Shown one piece after another: positions 39,068 through 41,501 of a stretch of 41,501 bases of DNA. The DNA comes from a virus. The DNA is taken from positions 1-41,501 of IMG/VR virus record IMGVR_UViG_3300033463_000341. One strand, 5' to 3'. Within the stretch, counting starts at the first letter, position 1. Every line of letters begins with the position of its first letter. The notes below the pieces were generated by a model. The model did no database searches, had not been told where the DNA came from, and worked only from the letters and a program-made list of their open reading frames with translations. A program made the position numbers and the translations under genes.

Positions 39068-41501
39068 CTATGTGTATCCTACCAATATACCATTTTCAAA
39101 ATATAAATCTCTATTTTGATTGTTACTATTTCTATATATTATTGTAATTGTGCGTCCTTCTCTGCCATTCATATATAGAGAAGAAACTCTATAATTTAAT
39201 GTCCCATCTACGCAAAACGCCATATTTTGTGTTGTATATATATTCATATTTTGTGCAGACAAAGCCATTAATTCACTTTTAGCACCCAACACTAAACTTC
39301 CATTTGTAGTAATTACACCAGCAGTTCCTGTTTCCGAAATTACTTCTCCATCACTACCTCTTTTAATTGATACCGTTAAGGCACTCGTTATGTTGTTACC
39401 AAAAGAATAATCATCTCCAAGTAACGCCTTATAAGATGTTCCGTTGCCTAATAACCAGTATCCAGTATCTCCTGCATTTAACCAACCATTCTTTTTTAAA
39501 GACATACGTCCATCTTTATATAAAGATATGTTAGTTCCACCAGTAAAGCCATTACTACTGTCTATCGTCCAACCACCAATAGTACCACCGGTTGAAGTTA
39601 TTTGCCCAGTTGAACTTACTTTAAAATATCTACTATCAATACTACCATCGTTTAAATTTATTTTTGTACCTGTTGAGCCTGATACATAGTTAGATGATTT
39701 AATTTCTCCACCTGTCAATGTAACATTTGTTGCTGTCACTTGACCTGTTGCATCTAATTTAAAATTCTTACTATCTATTGTACCATCGCTTAAATCAATT
39801 TTTGTACCACTTGTATTGGCAACATAGTTACTAGATTTTATAACACCTGTTGTTATATTGTCGCCATTTATTATTGTTGTTGTAGGATTGCTTGTACTTA
39901 AGTCCGTAAACGATACTTTACCACTCATTTCGATAGTACCACTTGCTTCACTAATTTTTTCATCATTTTCATTAAAGGCTTGAATTACAATGCCAGCACT
40001 ATTGCCATCATCACTTGTAGTTAATGTTATTTTTTTTGCAACAACCTTAAGTCTTGAGTTTATTTTATCTAATTCTAATGTTGCCTTTGTATCGTCTTTA
40101 CTAGCTTTTTCGTAATCCGAAACACTTGTATCTGGTTTTTGTGTGTATATTGTTTCTGATAAACCACTTTCAATTGTTATTTCGTCATTTAACAATAAAC
40201 ATTTATATTTTTTGTTTTCTATGCTTACGTTATATATATCATAGAATTCATAGTAAAGAATACCATTACTATCAAAATCATTGGCATAATATTTTAAACC
40301 ATTTAATTTTTCTAAAATATCAGGTAGATATTCGCTCCTATCATTAAAATTCATTATTTGATTATCTTTTATTTTTACCTCGCATAAACCATTTGTAGCC
40401 ACACTTGTTTCGTTTCTTAAATATACATTGTCAGTTTCTAAACTTCTACTTAACACTACTGAATTGACTGGACCATATTTTTCTTTAAATGTAACATTAA
40501 TATTTTTTAAATAATCTTCATCAATAGTATCAATTTCATTAATATACTTTATATGTAAATAAGCATTTAAGTTTGGACTATCTACATCAATATTATTCAT
40601 ACCTTCTAGTAATTCAATATCTTCCAATTCCCCAATTAAATCACTATCAGTAATCTCTGTATATGTTGGTGTTGCTAATATTCCATACATAACAGCATTT
40701 TTATTTGATAACCATGTAGGTACATTGTTTGCATCAGTTAGCGTTGCATCGCCTGTTGTAATCCATAAATTACCTGTTGATGTTATTCCAAAATTGCCAC
40801 TACCACTCCATGTACTTTCACTATATGTAAAAATATTTGATAATAAAGTGTCTATGCTTATATTATATGTACTAGCAAAATTTGTTGAATAGAAATTACC
40901 ATCGGTTGCTTTACCCCAAGTTGTAATAGTAGACATATCTATTTTCTTTATTGCTTTCTTTATGTACCAATTTGTTCCATAAGGCTCGTATTCAGTGGCT
41001 TGTGTGTTTTGCTCGATTTGTAAATTATTAAATTCAGTATAATCGCTTGTTGTTACTGCTGTTGTTCCTCGTTTATATAATACCAATACAACTATTTTGC
41101 TTTTTAACGAACTATCATTAAATGTATAATTATCACTTAATGTAAAACTTGTTCCTGTATTATATGTTTCCTTTAATACTGTTAATGGCGATAAGTTAGT
41201 ATCGTCTGCACACCATAAATATAAACCACTTGACCTTGATGTGTTATTTACTACATTTGAACTAAAATTAATTGTTTTACCAAACCATTTGTCGTATGTT
41301 CCTAGATTATATGCTACATAGCAACCACTTGATACATTAGAATAATTTATTTTAATTCCTGAACTCAATTGTGTGATTGTGTTAATATTTACTTGTTTTG
41401 CTATTGAAATTGTGTCTTTATCAAATAAGTTCTTACCTGTACTTTTATCAATTTTATCTTGATAAGTATCTATTTTACATAATTCTATTGGTGTAAAATA
41501 T
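39068..41501 (-). CDS. Large tail-tip / receptor-binding protein, C-terminal part (continuation of 2133..1)
   Basis: The track ORF 39068..41368 begins at an internal TTG. Hand translation upstream to 41501 shows no stop (…YFTPIELCKIDTYQDKIDKSTGKNLFDKDTISIAKQVNINTITQ-LSSGIK…). The C-terminal region carries tandem SSNYV..TSGTKI.L.DG.IDS..FK....GQ.T repeats. Confidence 0.85.
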   Translation of the reverse strand, partial: YFTPIELCKIDTYQDKIDKSTGKNLFDKDTISIAKQVNINTITQLSSGIKINYSNVSSGCYVAYNLGTYDKWFGKTINFSSNVVNNTSRSSGLYLWCADDTNLSPLTVLKETYNTGTSFTLSDNYTFNDSSLKSKIVVLVLYKRGTTAVTTSDYTEFNNLQIEQNTQATEYEPYGTNWYIKKAIKKIDMSTITTWGKATDGNFYSTNFASTYNISIDTLLSNIFTYSESTWSGSGNFGITSTGNLWITTGDATLTDANNVPTWLSNKNAVMYGILATPTYTEITDSDLIGELEDIELLEGMNNIDVDSPNLNAYLHIKYINEIDTIDEDYLKNINVTFKEKYGPVNSVVLSRSLETDNVYLRNETSVATNGLCEVKIKDNQIMNFNDRSEYLPDILEKLNGLKYYANDFDSNGILYYEFYDIYNVSIENKKYKCLLLNDEITIESGLSETIYTQKPDTSVSDYEKASKDDTKATLELDKINSRLKVVAKKITLTTSDDGNSAGIVIQAFNENDEKISEASGTIEMSGKVSFTDLSTSNPTTTIINGDNITTGVIKSSNYVANTSGTKIDLSDGTIDSKNFKLDATGQVTATNVTLTGGEIKSSNYVSGSTGTKINLNDGSIDSRYFKVSSTGQITSTGGTIGGWTIDSSNGFTGGTNISLYKDGRMSLKKNGWLNAGDTGYWLLGNGTSYKALLGDDYSFGNNITSALTVSIKRGSDGEVISETGTAGVITTNGSLVLGAKSELMALSAQNMNIYTTQNMAFCVDGTLNYRVSSLYMNGREGRTITIIYRNSNNQNRDLYFENGILVGYT
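41375..41501. repeat. Terminal direct repeat, identical to 1-127
   Basis: See the feature at 1-127. Confidence 0.9.

Noticed and set aside
39068-41368. Track start (TTG at 41368) for the tail-fibre ORF, and the 5' extensions of the track ORFs at 12079..12129, 16999..17061, 30073..30126, 8618..8656 and 37210..37257
   Set aside because: The tail-fibre frame is open upstream to the window end. The other extensions lack an SD and would include promoter -10 elements or leader hairpins, while internal ATGs have strong SDs.
2118-41501. All other plus-strand ORFs in the track (for example 4451..4645, 6024..6401, 7612..7917, 8334..8771, 9406..9693, 16466..16714, 20599..20904, 33820..34125, 39444..39689)
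   Set aside because: Each lies antisense within a well-supported minus-strand gene. Each has the Phe/Leu/Ile/Ser-rich composition expected from reverse-complemented AT-rich coding DNA, and none has an SD or promoter.

Overview
The window is a complete, AT-rich (about 30% GC by eye) tailed-phage genome of the low-GC Firmicutes/Clostridia siphovirus type. It was assembled as a circle: bases 1-127 recur exactly at 41375-41501, so the unique length is 41374 bp, and the largest tail gene runs across the contig junction. Every credible gene lies on the minus strand. Read in the direction of transcription, the layout is as follows. (1) 37455 down to 35800: a sigma-A-type early promoter and a run of tiny early ORFs, including two RHH proteins. 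(2) 35800 down to 30123: a recombination/replication module. It holds a PD-(D/E)XK nuclease fused to a Sak4-like ATPase, a Gp157-like protein, a DUF669-like SSB, an HTH protein, an SF3-helicase-type initiator followed by an iteron origin, a DnaB-N-like protein and an ERCC4-like nuclease. (3) 30072 down to 23334: free-standing HNH endonucleases, an RtcB RNA ligase and many small unknown ORFs. (4) 24517 down to 18416: HNH, TerS, TerL, portal and a MuF-like protein. (5) 18415 down to 8766: an unusual ~9.6-kb accessory insertion between the MuF-like gene and the scaffold gene. This insertion contains a ~470-nt structured ncRNA unit and an early-promoter operon with membrane proteins. That operon carries a micro-peptide ORF and an AgrB-like membrane domain fused to a sigma-region-4 HTH. 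The insertion also holds a cluster of low-complexity Gly/Tyr/Gln/Cys-rich proteins with a C1q/BclA-like protein, a GT4-GT2 glycosyltransferase and a methyltransferase. (6) 8617 down to 39068 across the junction: scaffold, capsid, neck, tail and the wrapped tail-tip gene. (7) 38721 down to 37604: holin and an M23 endolysin. I saw no integrase, repressor, tRNA or CRISPR array. Functional calls come from motifs read by eye and from gene order; no database search was possible.
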